DNA of 64,000 nucleotides from the NCBI RefSeq assembly GCF_018350175.1, contig NC_058368.1, positions 213,034,001 through 213,098,000 on the forward strand, written 5' to 3'. Shown piece after piece: positions 25,549-38,043 of this stretch. The first letter of the stretch is position 1, and every line of letters starts with the position of its first letter. The notes beneath the pieces are model-generated. The model had not been told where the DNA came from. It searched no databases and saw nothing but the letters and a program-made list of their open reading frames with translations. Made by a program: the position numbers and the translations under genes. Source of the stretch: Felis catus (Eukaryota).

Positions 25549-28500
25549 CTAAAACAAAGTTTTAAAAATTAAAAGTTGAAACTCTATTTATGCTTTCTTG
25601 ATGATTTTCATACTTACAACTAAAATACTGCTTTATCAACAGCCGTCACTTTGAAAGGCATAATGGAACCATACTGAGAGTCAAATCTCTTAATTTGTTA
25701 ATTACATATTCATCACAATTACCTGAACCAAGACCAGTCTTATATCTAGTTTTACTTCCAACACTGTATCCTGCACAATACTTACTATACCCCGTGAGAA
25801 CAAATGATTTGAAGATGCATCTCACAAGCTAATTTGCTAGTTTGTAAACTAGCAGGCTAAGTGGCCAGGTCCAGATTTTGTATGTGACACTCCATTTCTA
25901 CATCCAGTTGGTTCCAACATTTGCTCAAATTTTTACAGGAACTCAAGGTGAATGACTTTGTGCTGAGTTATTCCAGAAACCTTCATTTCACTTTGGAAAA
26001 ATTCCTGGGACGTGACCCATACAGAACTTCTCAGAATGTATGTACTGATTAAAAATGCATTCTGCAATCATGCTGTCAGGGTTCTATCACTACCTCCCAA
26101 TCACTAATGTCACCTTAAAAAACTGTCATTACCTCTGAGCCTCGGTCTCACCAGTAAAATGGTATTTACACCTCAAAGGGGTGTTGAGAACCAATACATT
26201 AGTTAATCTGAATAAAAAGCTAAGTGTATCACATGACACATAAGTAAACACTTAAAATGTTAGTTAATAACATGTCTTTTCTATTTAAGATGTAAGACTA
26301 TGAACAGAAAGTATTTTGAACTTGGAACTTCCAATGTTCTAATACTTGACCCATGTAAATAAAGAAATAAACTAGAATTGGAAGAATGAGTGTATTTTTC
26401 AGAAAACTGCTGGGAGGCCATGAAATTGTGAGGAAGGCAGAAGAACATAATGCATGAACATCTTGGAAAGACTTTAAGCTGATCAAATTATTTTAGTAAA
26501 TGTTTGCAGAAACAAGAAATGTGGCATTGCCCACAATGAAACAACCTGAATGAGCCAGAAACGACCTGAACAAGAAAATGTTAAAGGGTATGAAAACAAA
26601 CGTTAGGTTTAGTAAACCCAAAACCCACATGAAGCAAACAAGCAGTACCTTCAAAATGACAAACAGGCAGAGTAGAAGATAAAGAGGCCTTTTATTATTA
26701 GCTAAGGATCAACCTAAAGCAGCTAACTACCCAAATATAGGAATTTATGCTAATCCATAAATGTTCTCTAGCTATAAATCTGGTGAAAAAATCCAGTATG
26801 CTTCTATGATGCTGATATGCTTGGGATGGGATGCAGCATAAATGGAAAGAGGACAAAGACCCAGTAAAAGGATCCCACCCACCCACCCCCCCGCCCCGTT
26901 AAAGAATATCCTTTAGAAGATGAACCAAAAGGAAACACTATAAACCAGAATTTTTCATTACAATTTTTACAACTTCTCAGATAGTGCCTACTACTTAAGA
27001 ATTCAGATAAACTTTTTTTTTTTTTTTTAAAGTTACACCCAAGCAGGGGCACATGGGCGGCTCAGTTGGTTAAGCATCCAACTTCACAGGTCATGATCTT
27101 GCAGTTTGAGAGTTTGAGCCCCGCATCAGGCTCTCTGCTGTCAGCACGGATCCCATTTTGGATCCTCTGTCTCCCTCTCTCTCTGCCCCTCCTCCACTCA
27201 AAAATAAACAAACATTAAAAAAAAAAAAATAGCCAAACAAATTAGCAGCCAAATGAAATGATATTAGGGGTATTCTTTCTTCTGGGTTTTATTCCAACAA
27301 TTATTTAAGACAGGTGACTGAAGGAAGTGTCATATCCAAAAAGACTACAGAACACTCAACTGAATGAAGATTCTCCCAATGCACTGCCAAACATTATTTC
27401 AATTTCAAGTAAGATACGTTACTTAGATAATTTTTAGTTCAGTCCTAATATCAGGACCAAATTCAGGAAATTAAATCTCACCTTTTCTTCCTGGTTTCAT
27501 TTCACCTTCCGGATCCATCCAATATTCTCTAATATCAATTAGGACTTTCCCTTTAAAGTCTCGAACACTGACATACCTCATTTTCCCAATCTGCCAAAGA
27601 AAAAAAAACATAGAAAGGTATTCAAGAGTGATGTCCATATATATATTTACTACTATTCTGAATATCGAAACTACAACCAAAGGAAATGTCACTCAAAAAA
27701 TCTTTCTTAAAAAGACGGAATTAAATGAAGCACATCTGACCCTTCCAATCATTTTCACATTAAAGGAATCATTAGTAAAACAGAGGAACACTATGGAAAA
27801 TGGTATGGAGATGCCTCAAAAAAATTAAAAACAGAACTAATACATGATCTAGCAATGATCCAGGAGCCACACTTCTGGGTATGTACCTAAAAGAAATAAA
27901 AGCAAGGTCTCGAGAAGATATTTATTTGTACCCCCATGTTCGCAGCAGCATTACTCACAGCACCCCAAAGATGGAAGCAACCTAAATGTTGACATAAATA
28001 AAATGTGTTATATACATACAATGGAGTATTAGCCTTAAAAAAAGGAAATCCTAGGGGCACCTGGGTGGCTCAGTCACTTAGTTAAGTGTCTGACTCTTGA
28101 TTTCGACTCAGGTCATGATCTCGTGGTTCGTGGGATCAAGCCCCACATCAAGCTCCACACTGACAGCACGGAGCCTGCTTGGGATTCTCTCTCCCTCCCT
28201 CTCTCTCTCAAAATAAATAGACAAACATTAAAAAAAAAAAAAAAAAAAAGATTTTCTCTCCCTCTGCCCCTCCCTGCTCACACTCTCATAAATAAATAAA
28301 CAAACAGGAAATCACATGCTACAACACGGATGAACCTTGCTGACATAGGCTAAGTGAAAGAAACCACTCACAGAAAGATACATACTATATGATTCCACTT
28401 TTAAGAAATGCCTAGACTAGTCAGATTCAGAGAGACAAAAAGTAGAATGGTGGTTATCAGGGCCTGGGGAGGGGGTAAAGGGGAGTTGTTATTTAAGTTT

Positions 28501-31500
28501 TGCAAAATGAAAAGTTCTGGAGATCTGTTTCACAATAATATACACATACTTTACTGTATGCTTAAAAATGGTTAAAATGGCAAATTCTATGTAAAGTGTT
28601 TTTTATTTTTTACCACAATAAAAATCATTAGAAAGCAAAGTTTTGCAGTACAAACTACAACCAGTAGGAATCCATAGACTCCACCAGCAATACACCATTC
28701 TAAGAATCCAGAGATCCAGTCAATAGTAACGTGAGAAAGCTTTTCCTTTTAGACATTCATTTCAAATAACATCTTTAATACACTTCACCCATAGTCTCAA
28801 AGTAAGAACTTAAAACTACCCACAGAAAACTATTTTTCAAAAACCTTACACTGTGCTTAACAAACTACAAAGGAAAACAATTTACTCAACAAAGTGTCTG
28901 TAAGCACTTTCCAGGATGTCTTACACTGCTGTAATATACTATCTAGCACTTAAACTAAGAAGTCACACTTTCTGATCAAAACTTTTAACACCTGCCCATC
29001 TCTTACTCATTCTGAAACTACTCTTCAGGCTTACTGACTAAAAACCAGCTATGATTTTTGTGCTTACATCAACATGTAAAGATCTGGGGTTCGGTTATGC
29101 TCCTTTCCCTTTGAACCAGGGCCCCTTGATTATTAAATAATCCTTTTCACGGGGATATAAGTTATTACCGTAGTAGAATCACAGCTGTGCTGACCCAGTA
29201 CATATTAATGGCTTCCATCTCGCCTATGTCCTTTTAGACTGCTTTTTCTGGTCTCAGCTAGGTCTTGTGCATTTTCCTTTAGTTTTCCATTTTCAAGTTA
29301 AGTTTCTTGTCCTGCTGGTATACCCCTAATTCCAGGGTATGCCCCATGCTTTATGGAGAAATGAAGTTCACTGGGTACGGGTTAAGTGCCTTCAAATCTT
29401 TCTTCTCTGTACTCACATCATTACCAGTTAACTTTCTTTACTTTTTCTACCCGTTTCTTTCATACACGTTCTTTCCCATTTCACTGGCTTCATACCTACC
29501 ATTTCTTAACATGCTCATTCCCCTCTTCTAGAAAACATTTTCCCTAACTGCATTTTGTAAACTTTCTCCGTGTTTCCCTCTTCCATTTATTGCTAAATTT
29601 TGAAAGGAGAGGAATACTGTTTCTACTAATTAAATTCCCACTGCCTACACTAAATTAGTCACCAGTGATCTTATGGTCACTTTTAATGGCTTATTTTTTA
29701 ATCAGTCTTCTTGAAACCCCCTAGTGCCTATCATACTGGGTTCTTAGTAAACTGTTTTAATGGATAAATTAGATAAGGCCAGAATAATTCTCATAGTGGA
29801 ACTGTTCATTGGGACTTACAATACTGATTTAATAACTCTAAGAATATCTCCATGGGGGGGAGAAATTAGTTCAACCTCTATCTCACACCATACACAGAAA
29901 AACTAAACTAATTCTACATGGATCACAGACCTAAACGTGAAGGTTAAAACTACAAAAATTCTAGGAAAAAAAAATTTCAAATAAAATATTAATAAAATTG
30001 TCAAACCACTATTATAAGTAAAAATGAAGTCCTCATTTTATATTTATATAACCAATGTACTCTACTGTGTTCTTAAACCAATTAAAATTCAGTATTATCA
30101 CCAAAATATTTTTCTTTTTTTTTTTTTTTTTAAATTTTTTAACGTTTATTTTTGAGACAGAGAGAGACAGACCATGAACGGGGGAGGGTCAGAGAGAGGG
30201 AGACACTGAATCTGAAACAGGCTCCAGGCTCTGAGCTGTCAGCACAGAGCCTGATGCAGGGCTCGAACTCATGGACCGCAAGATCATGACCTGAGCCGAA
30301 GTCGGCCGCTTAACCGACTGAGCCACCCAGGCGCCCCTAAAATATTTTTCTATGGCCAAATTACCATTTCAAAGAATTGGTATTCTTTGAAATTGATATT
30401 TGAAATTGGTATTTGAAATTGAAATTACCATTTCAAAAAATTAAAGATTATCTTGTAGAATGCCTGTCACTACTAAGGACTGTGAAAAGTCACTTTGAAA
30501 ATAAAATATATAGTTCCTCCTAGAGAAACCAAGAGGCGCTTTCAAAAGAGTGAGGAATCTTACAGCTTTATGAGGCTCAGGAAGCTTTCCAAATGAGGTT
30601 TTAAAAACTGAACCCACTTTTTTTGATGAGATAACCACCCCCTAAAAATAGATGTGGTTTTCCCCAAACTGCTCTAACATAATAAAATCTCTAAATGTGG
30701 ATCCTGTTTCTTCAATAGACAAGATAAAATCCATTAAAATGCTACAGATGTTTTCATTACACAGACAAAGGCAGGCAAACGGTAAACAAGAACTAATCAG
30801 AGAAAGCCCAAGGTAGATAGTTGCCCAAATCCTTGAAAGTTTTTACCTCTATTGCAAACATTAAGTTAAAATATTCCAATGCAGCACTTCATTCTGCACA
30901 AGAAAGTCCGTTCTCTACAAGAAGGTCTATGAAAGGACGGGATGCTTCTCTTGCAGATTCCACATTTCATTCTGACCCTTAAGGAAACTTCCCACAGCAC
31001 TTAGAATAAAACTCAAAGAGTGCAAGACCTGGTCCTTCACCCTCGTTACCAACCAGATCTATCTACATTCTCAACCAGGTTTCCTAGGCTCCAGCCACAA
31101 AATATTTGCACAAGCCTCTCCACTTTAGAAAGGATTCCCTCTCTCGTATATTTCATGACTGGCTCCTCCTTTATGTCTTAAGCTTCAAATGTCACTTCTT
31201 TAGAGAGAGATTCCCACAGCACCTTCTCTCTCATAATAACCTACCCTTTTATTTCTCAGCCCTTAACATAACTTATACGTATACATATACATATATACGT
31301 ATGTTTATTAGTATAATATTTATCCCTATAAATTCCACAAAACCAGAGACCATGTCTACTGGGACCATTACTGCTTACCCAGAACTTAGCAAGGCCTGAT
31401 GTACAGGAGGCATTCAAAAAAACAAACAAAAAACAGCATTCAAACTTAAAGAAATGAGGGCCCTTTCATAATTCTTCCTTACATATACTGACTTATGTTC

Positions 31501-32354
31501 TCTATCAAAGTAGTCTGCTCCCCTAAGCTATAGGCAAGTCAGAAGACTAAAATCTATAACTAATCCATCTGCATTTTGTCTAAATTTTTAATATTTTTTA
31601 ACAAAAAATGTGTACATTTAAGGTGTACCACATGAAGATGTGATCTATTCATAGTGAAATGATTACTAGTCAAGATAATTAACATATCATTTCAGTTACC
31701 ATTTTCTGTGTGATCAGTGCACCTGAAATCTCTTTTAGCATATTCCATATTCAATACAGTAGTAAGTATAACCATCATGTGTCTATTTTCATCCACACAC
31801 ATAACTAGGCAAAAAGTGAGTAAAAATATCCAACTTCTATTTTCCTATTCTAACCTTAATCCTGGCACTGTCTTTCAAGGCCATCAGTAGATTCAAAACA
31901 TATACCTATTTTACCTGTAAAGAATTTATCAAAGTCAACACCCAAACAATAAATAATCCAGTGAAGCAATGGGCAGAAGACATGAATAGACATTTCTCCA
32001 AAGAAGATCCAGATGGCTAACAGACACATGCAAAGATGCTCCACACATCACTCATCATCAGGGAAATACAAATCAAAACCACAATGAGATACCACCTCAC
32101 ACCGGTCAGAATGGCTAAAATTAACAACTCAAGGATGCCTGGGTGGCTCAGTTGGTTAAGTGTTCGACTCTTGGTTTCAGCTTGGGTCATGACCTCACAG
32201 GTTCATGAGATCAAGCCCTGCATTCAAACTGCTTCCTAAATGTGCAGTTCTCAATCTGTTTCTGAACGCCTACAACTTTAAAATCTTTTTTTTTTTCAAT
32301 GTTTATTTTTGGGGAGGGGGGGAGGGGGGGGAGGGAGGGAGGGAGGGAGGGAGG

Positions 32355-32416
<62 letters not shown>

Positions 32417-35400
32417 CTGAAGCAGGCTCCAGGCTCTGAGCTGTCAGCACAGACGCGGGGCTCAAACTCATGAACTGTGAGATCATGACCTGAGCTGAAG
32501 TCAGACGCTTAACCAACTGAGCCACCCAGGAGCCCCTGGATGTCCATAATTTTAAATTCATTGTTTTACACTTAGCCAAACCACAAGTTTCTAGACTTTA
32601 ACAATAATCTAGCAGCATATAAATTACTTTCATTTCTACAAACTTGCTCTTACATTTCAACAAATAGAAGATGATTATAAGAAACATTAGGGGCGCCTGG
32701 GTGGCGCAGTCGGTTAAGCGTCCGACTTCAGCCAGGTCACGATCTTGCGGTCCGTGAGTTCGAGCCCCGCGTCAGGCTCTGGGCTGATGGCTCGGAGCCT
32801 GGAGCCTGTTTCCGATTCTGTGTCTCCCTCTCTCTCTGCCCCTCCCCCGTTCATGCTCTGTCTCTCTCTGTCCCAAAAATAAAATAAAACGTTGAAAAAA
32901 AAAAAATTTTAAAAAAAAAAAAAAAAAAGAAAAGAAACATTAAAAATTATTATGCAGGATCAGATTATAGTACTTTCAACATTCATCAGATCAAGCCAGA
33001 TAATAATTCCTCTGGATCTAAGGAAATTACCTGAAACATGTTATCATCTCTGCTGCTGCTACTCTGCTTAGAGGATGACAGGGCTCTTGAAGTCTCACCG
33101 GTCTTTTGCTTCTTTACAGGTTTTTCTGGAGTAACCTGCTTTTTCCGCTTTAACTTAAAAGAAAAACAAGAATAATGGTTAAAATCTGCATACATAAGAA
33201 TAAAACACATTTCAGGTTCAAACACTTCCTGACTCCTTAGGACTTAAAGGATCAGAGGAATCCTAAAAACACACACAGGCAAGTTTCACTTGACAAGAGA
33301 ACTATGGAATTAACCTAATATCTAACACAGTGTCTTCAAAATGTGTTCCCAAGAGCCCAAAAGTCACTTCAGGCATCAAAGAGGTAATAACCAGAGAAAC
33401 AACTCTTTAATAGACCAGATACGCACATCAGATTTCTCTGGGAAGAAAAAAAATGGGGGGGGCCTGCTGCTTTTGAATAAACTTTTAGAAACCACAAGTT
33501 TATTAAAGTTAGTCAGCTACTAATTTTTTTTTTACAAAGGAAATATATTAATTCGTAAGAATACAACCAACTTGTTCCAATCTAGGATATGTTATTCATG
33601 CGCTGCCTATTCCAAAAGGGACTTAAATTGACTTTGAAAATTATGAGTACACGTAGCACCTGGGTAGCTCAGTCAGTTAAAGCATCTGACTCTTGATTTC
33701 AGCTCAGGCCATGATCTCACATTTCATGGGATCGAGCCACGAGACGGGTTCCACGCAGAGCATGGAGCCTGCTCGGGATTCTCTCTCTCCCTCTCTCTGC
33801 CCCTCCCCTGCTCATGCACATATGTGCGCACTCTCTCTCTCAAAATAAACAAATAAATAAGCTTTTAAAAAAAGAAAGAAAAATTTATGAGTACACAAAC
33901 CTAAGAAAGCTATTTCGTACTGAGCATTAGAAGTCAACAATTCAAGAACTTCCTCATCAGAAAAAAAAATCACCAAAGGTGGACAGCAATGTGCTTAGAC
34001 TACTATTCAAAATCAAAACAACGTTTTAAATTAAACAGCATTATTGTAAAAACTTTTTATATAGCCTGGTTCTTAAAATGAGCTAATGCCTATGAAAACT
34101 AGTGGAGTTCCCAACCTAAACAGTAGAGGGCAGTCGTGTTCCTTTTGGTGGAAAGTACAAACTGACGTGTTGTCTTACTAAATTAGATGAAACTAGACAA
34201 AATATAATGTACGTATGCATATAACTGAAAAAGTGAACGGATTTAATTTTTTTTAAGTTTATTTCTAAGAGAGCATGAGCGGGAAGGAGCAGAGAGAGAT
34301 GGAGACACAGAATCTGAAGCAGGCTCCAGGCTCTGAGCGGTCAGCACAGAGCGCGACCAACGGCTCGAACCCTGCGAGATCACAACCTGAGCCGAAGTCA
34401 GACACTCAACCGAGCCACCCAGGTGCCCCAAAAGTGAATGTATTTAATTTAAGTGCTTACAGGATTAAGAATACTATTTGGGACAAATGGCAAAAATCAA
34501 TTCTGCTCAATAAGCAGAAAGTGATTATTCTTTGTATCAGGGTCTGGATACTCCCCGGGGATTGGCACATGCCCGGCACATAAACACTCAATAAAAATTT
34601 GCTAAATGAACATAATCAAATGCCATACCAAATGCAAATAAGAATTTAAGACAGATTTCCTTCTGCAGTACAGCTATGTATGCTCTTTGAGGCTTCATTT
34701 CAACCTTTACGTGATATATTCTTTATTTCCCTAAAGATCCATCTTCTCCAAGATTCTCCCATAAGCTCTTTTAACTAACACTGTCAACTAAACTCAGAGA
34801 CATAATTATGTAAGCTTCTAGGAAATAAAACGTTCTGCATGGAAGGAAGCTCGGACTACAATGTGAGCTGCTCAGGTAAGCAGAATGCACAGCTTCCAGC
34901 ACAGGTGTCAACTAATGTAGAAAAAGCCTGTTGTCAAAATGGGTTATTTCACGTTAGCTTTGCTGGGTGTTGATTTCACTAAAAGGAGGAGACCAGAGTA
35001 AATAACATTCTAACTTAACATGTACCAAGCCTACATTTGAGGTAATCCTAGTGGGCTGGATAAACATCAGTGGCCAAGGACACTGTCAAAATTGACACCT
35101 GCATTCAGAGTTCAGGTAATTTAGTTCAACTACAACACACAATACCTACAGATTAGGCAGATTTCCAAATAAAGCAAATAGCGGCTTTGGCCTATTTCTA
35201 ATGCTATTCCCCCTAGGGAATAAGGTGGTAGTTCTGCAGAGTTAGTGTTCCTAGAAGTCCTCAATGGGAGACTTGTTCAGGTCCAAAGACTTGCTCAAGT
35301 CTGATTTAGGGGCCAGGAGTGTGCATGAACAAGTACCCTAGGCACTTTGGTCAAGTGGTCCCAGAACCATTTGCACTTTCAGAAACACCTGTCCAAGCTC

Positions 35401-35571
35401 TCTTTTTACCATTCTGATATGCCTTGCTGTCCTTTAGAACTGGATGTGGGCAATACTGCTGAATTAAGTATCACAGAAATGACTTGCATTAATAGTCACC
35501 TTTTTGTCAACCTCACTGTCAGAATCACTGCCGGAAGAGCTTGAAGAAACAAGTTCCTTTGACTTAGGCAT
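25469..35571 (-). CDS. SUB1: SUB1/PC4, activated RNA polymerase II transcriptional coactivator p15; spliced CDS join(35571..35500, 33153..33031, 27590..27482, 25548..25469), 127 aa
   Basis: The four exons total 384 nt, are in frame and have GT-AG introns. Translation: [127 protein letters not shown], recognisable as PC4. Confidence 0.98.
27045..27229 (+). mobile_element. Can-SINE in SUB1 intron 4
   Basis: Head, body and A tail. Confidence 0.88.
27482..27590 (-). CDS. SUB1: SUB1 exon 4 (ssDNA-binding PC4 domain)
   Basis: tttggcag|ATT GGG AAA ATG ... AGA AAA G|gtgaga; 109 nt; contained in ORF 27471..27692. Confidence 0.97.
27775..28620 (+). mobile_element. L1MB-like 3' fragment in intron 3, interrupted by a Can-SINE (28053-28300)
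   Basis: ctatggaaaatggtatggagatgcctcaaaaaaattaaaaacagaacta...ccatgttcgcagcagcattactcacag...atggttaaaatggcaaattctatg. Confidence 0.82.
30112..30337 (-). mobile_element. Can-SINE (fairly young, felid type) in intron 3
   Basis: CpG-rich body, long poly(T), TSD aaaatattttt. Confidence 0.92.
31590..32131. mobile_element. L1 fragments (minus about 31590-31790; plus about 31920-32131)
   Basis: aatgggcagaagacatgaatagacatttctccaaagaaga...acaaatcaaaaccacaatgagataccacctcacacc encodes the L1 ORF2 motif [20 protein letters not shown]. Confidence 0.8.
32132..32536. mobile_element. Partial plus-strand SINE (32132-32236) and minus-strand Can-SINE (32284-32536) with expanded (GGGA)n/(GA)n
   Basis: SINE heads and bodies in opposite orientations. 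Confidence 0.88.
32690..32931 (+). mobile_element. Very young felid Can-SINE in SUB1 intron 3
   Basis: CpGs intact (gtggcgcagtcggttaagcgtccgacttcagccaggtcacgatc), long A tail, perfect TSD aagaaacatta (32679-32689 / 32932-32942). Confidence 0.95.
33031..33153 (-). CDS. SUB1: SUB1 exon 3 (Lys-rich and second Ser-rich region)
   Basis: ttttcttttaag|TTA AAG CGG ... ATG TTT CAG|gtaatt; 123 nt, phase 0/0; contained in ORF 32986..33225. Confidence 0.97.
33655..33880 (+). mobile_element. Can-SINE in intron 2
   Basis: TSD ttatgagtacac. Confidence 0.9.
34243..34428 (-). mobile_element. Can-SINE in intron 2
   Basis: Reverse body; TSD-like aaaagtgaa. Confidence 0.88.
35500..35571 (-). CDS. SUB1: SUB1 exon 2, first coding exon (Ser/acidic N-terminus)
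   Basis: Minus strand reads ttgcag|A ATG CCT AAG TCA AAG ... GAC AAA AAG|gtgact. The exon begins at 35572 and has 72 coding nt. Confidence 0.97.
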
Positions 35572-37503
35572 TCTGCAAGACAAATACATTATATAATTAA
35601 CAAATTATTCGATTACCTCCAGCTTAATCTCTCCCAAGCAAAAATTTAAGAAGTTCCATGGTTCTATCATTTTGTGGTACTGGAATTGTGACGTGAGGCA
35701 CAATGCTAGAAGTTAAACTCTTAATCTATGCTCTTCTGAGTTGAAAATAACACCCAGAACCCAGCAAGGAGAAAGAAGTAAAATGTCACACACCTCTCAT
35801 ACTCCTACACCTCTTTCTCAAAGCCATTGGGTCTTTTTATACTGCATTTTAGAGAGGTTAGAGGTTTATGGGTAGGAAAAATTGCAAGAAGGCAGGTGAC
35901 AGCAATCTGCTAAAACCAGGAAGTAGGAATATCCTCAATACTGCTTTATATTTCTCACTCATGAGATCTAACGGAATTATCCACCCAACATGGAGAAGAG
36001 CTGCACTATACAGATGTCAATAGCTAATTCACTCGCCAGTATAATCCTATTTTTTCACATTTTGTGTATGTCCTTCATGCTCTTTGGCTTTTTGACCATG
36101 CCATCAAAATAACAAGCACCTATTCAGAGTTCACAAAGTTATACGTAATTTTTACAATTCATTACATTTTACACTGATTTTTTTCTCTGGAATATAACTA
36201 AATTCTGAAGAATCTGCTTATGGGAGGGGCAACACCTTTTCTCAAATTCCTACTATGGCCCTAGTTCCCCAGAGGTACATACATAGGCCAATCCCTTGCT
36301 TTCAAGTGGAGGTTTACGGAGCACAGCCAGCCAGAGGGCCTTGTTTCTCTACTTTTGCAGTGATTAAAAAAAAAAGAAAGAAAAGAAAAAAAAGCTAAAG
36401 CCCAAATTTCAAGGAATTCCAAGGCATGCTGTACTTCTTTTCAAGGCACTTTATAAAACCAAGTGGTAAACCACTTATTAAAAAATCTTTTGCTTTCTAT
36501 CCAAAAAGGATGGGTCCCATTACTTTTTGTATAACTTAAAGGCCCCGATATATACAATAAAGTCTGTCAAATGTTGAATAAAGGAAAAAAGACCTCATTT
36601 TCTCCTCAAAATATCATAATCTAGCTCTCTAGACTAAACCTGTCTCTACACTGACATTGAATGTATTCCACAATAGGAGGTCAAGGTAAAAGAAGTGGGC
36701 CATCCATTCCAATTCTAGCCACTAATTTCAAAAAGCTCAAACATACCCAACCAGCCATGTTGATTTTAACTGGTAATTTCCTGATGAGAAGAGTAAACTC
36801 AGGTGGAACCAACAATGTTCTGAACCATGTTTTATGTACTAATCCTGTTACTGCCTCCATTTTACATCCTAAACTCCAAAATCAATTTAAGTTTTTTTAT
36901 GCTAGCAGCTAATGATGCCAAGAAACATTTTTTTAAAGGTAATTAAATTGAACATAACCTATTTTTTCACTTTGAAATAATCAAGCATAACTATACGGTC
37001 TACTAATAAAAGCTGCGGGGGGGGGGAGGGGGAGGGCTAAGATCATTTCAAAGAATGACCTCGTAATTAATCCAAATTAGAAGCCCATTCAACAAAAAAA
37101 CAAGATAATGGTAACTAAGGCCACTTTGAACTTTTGACAAAATGTATTTTTACTTAAAAAAAAGGCAGGCTAGTAATTCAGGCAGGTGGTATTAAAATGC
37201 TAGTGTAGAATATATACAAAACGCAACTGAAAAAACGAATCTTCATTCTCTGATGATGGCGTGGAGGACTAGCAAAGACGAGGTGAAAATAAACGTAGAC
37301 TAAAAGGCACACGAATTCGGTACTACACGAGGGTGATGAGCACCAACATGGGGAAAGGGGGTTGCGCGACACCAGGAAACTGCTGGAACCCTGGGGCTGG
37401 CAACGGCTGGGGCGGGGGGGGGGGAGACAGGTTGGTCGGAGGGGGCGTGGGAGGCGGCGAAGTGCGGAGGAGACCGTATGGGAAGAGGAGGGACTTGCAC
37501 CAA

Positions 37504-37925
37504 GCGCCATTTTCTTCTCTCGAAGCATTACCTACCCCCAACATACCAGTCGTCCTTCCCCCGCAGCCCTCCTCCGACGGGGTCCGCTCTCTCCCTCCCC
37601 TAGACAGCCCCCCCCCACCCTGGGAGTCACGGTGAGAGCCCCAGCAAAGCCTTGAGGAAAAGCAGGCTCCGCACGCGCCCCCGCTGTGGCCCGGGCCGCC
37701 GCTGCATTGTCCCGGGGGCGCCCCGGCCCCCTCCCCAAAGCTCCCCGCCCCCCACCCGGCCGCACCCCGCCGCCCGGGGCCGCAGCTCTCGCCGCGCCCG
37801 AGCCAATCCCGGGAGCCAGCTTCTGGCGCGGAATGGCCTACAGCGCATGGGGCGCAGGGTCGGCGAAGGAGGAGGTCCAGGGAGGCCAAGGCGGAGAAAG
37901 GGGAGGTCTGGCAGCGCCGCCATTT
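37504..37925 (-). promoter_or_regulatory. Two YY1-like motifs (GCGCCATTTT 37504-37513; GCCGCCATTT 37916-37925) and CCAAT (37803-37807) in intron 1
   Basis: Motif matches; both YY1-like sites read AAATGGCG on the SUB1 sense strand, downstream of the TSS. Confidence 0.5.
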
Positions 37926-38043
37926 CCCGCGGCCGTCGCCGCCGAGCGGTGTAGAGGCCGCAAACGGCTCGCGGCCCCGCCGGGAGGGTGGGGATCGGCC
38001 GGGCAGGGGCTCGAAGGGTGGGGGCGGGGCCCCCAACACTCAC

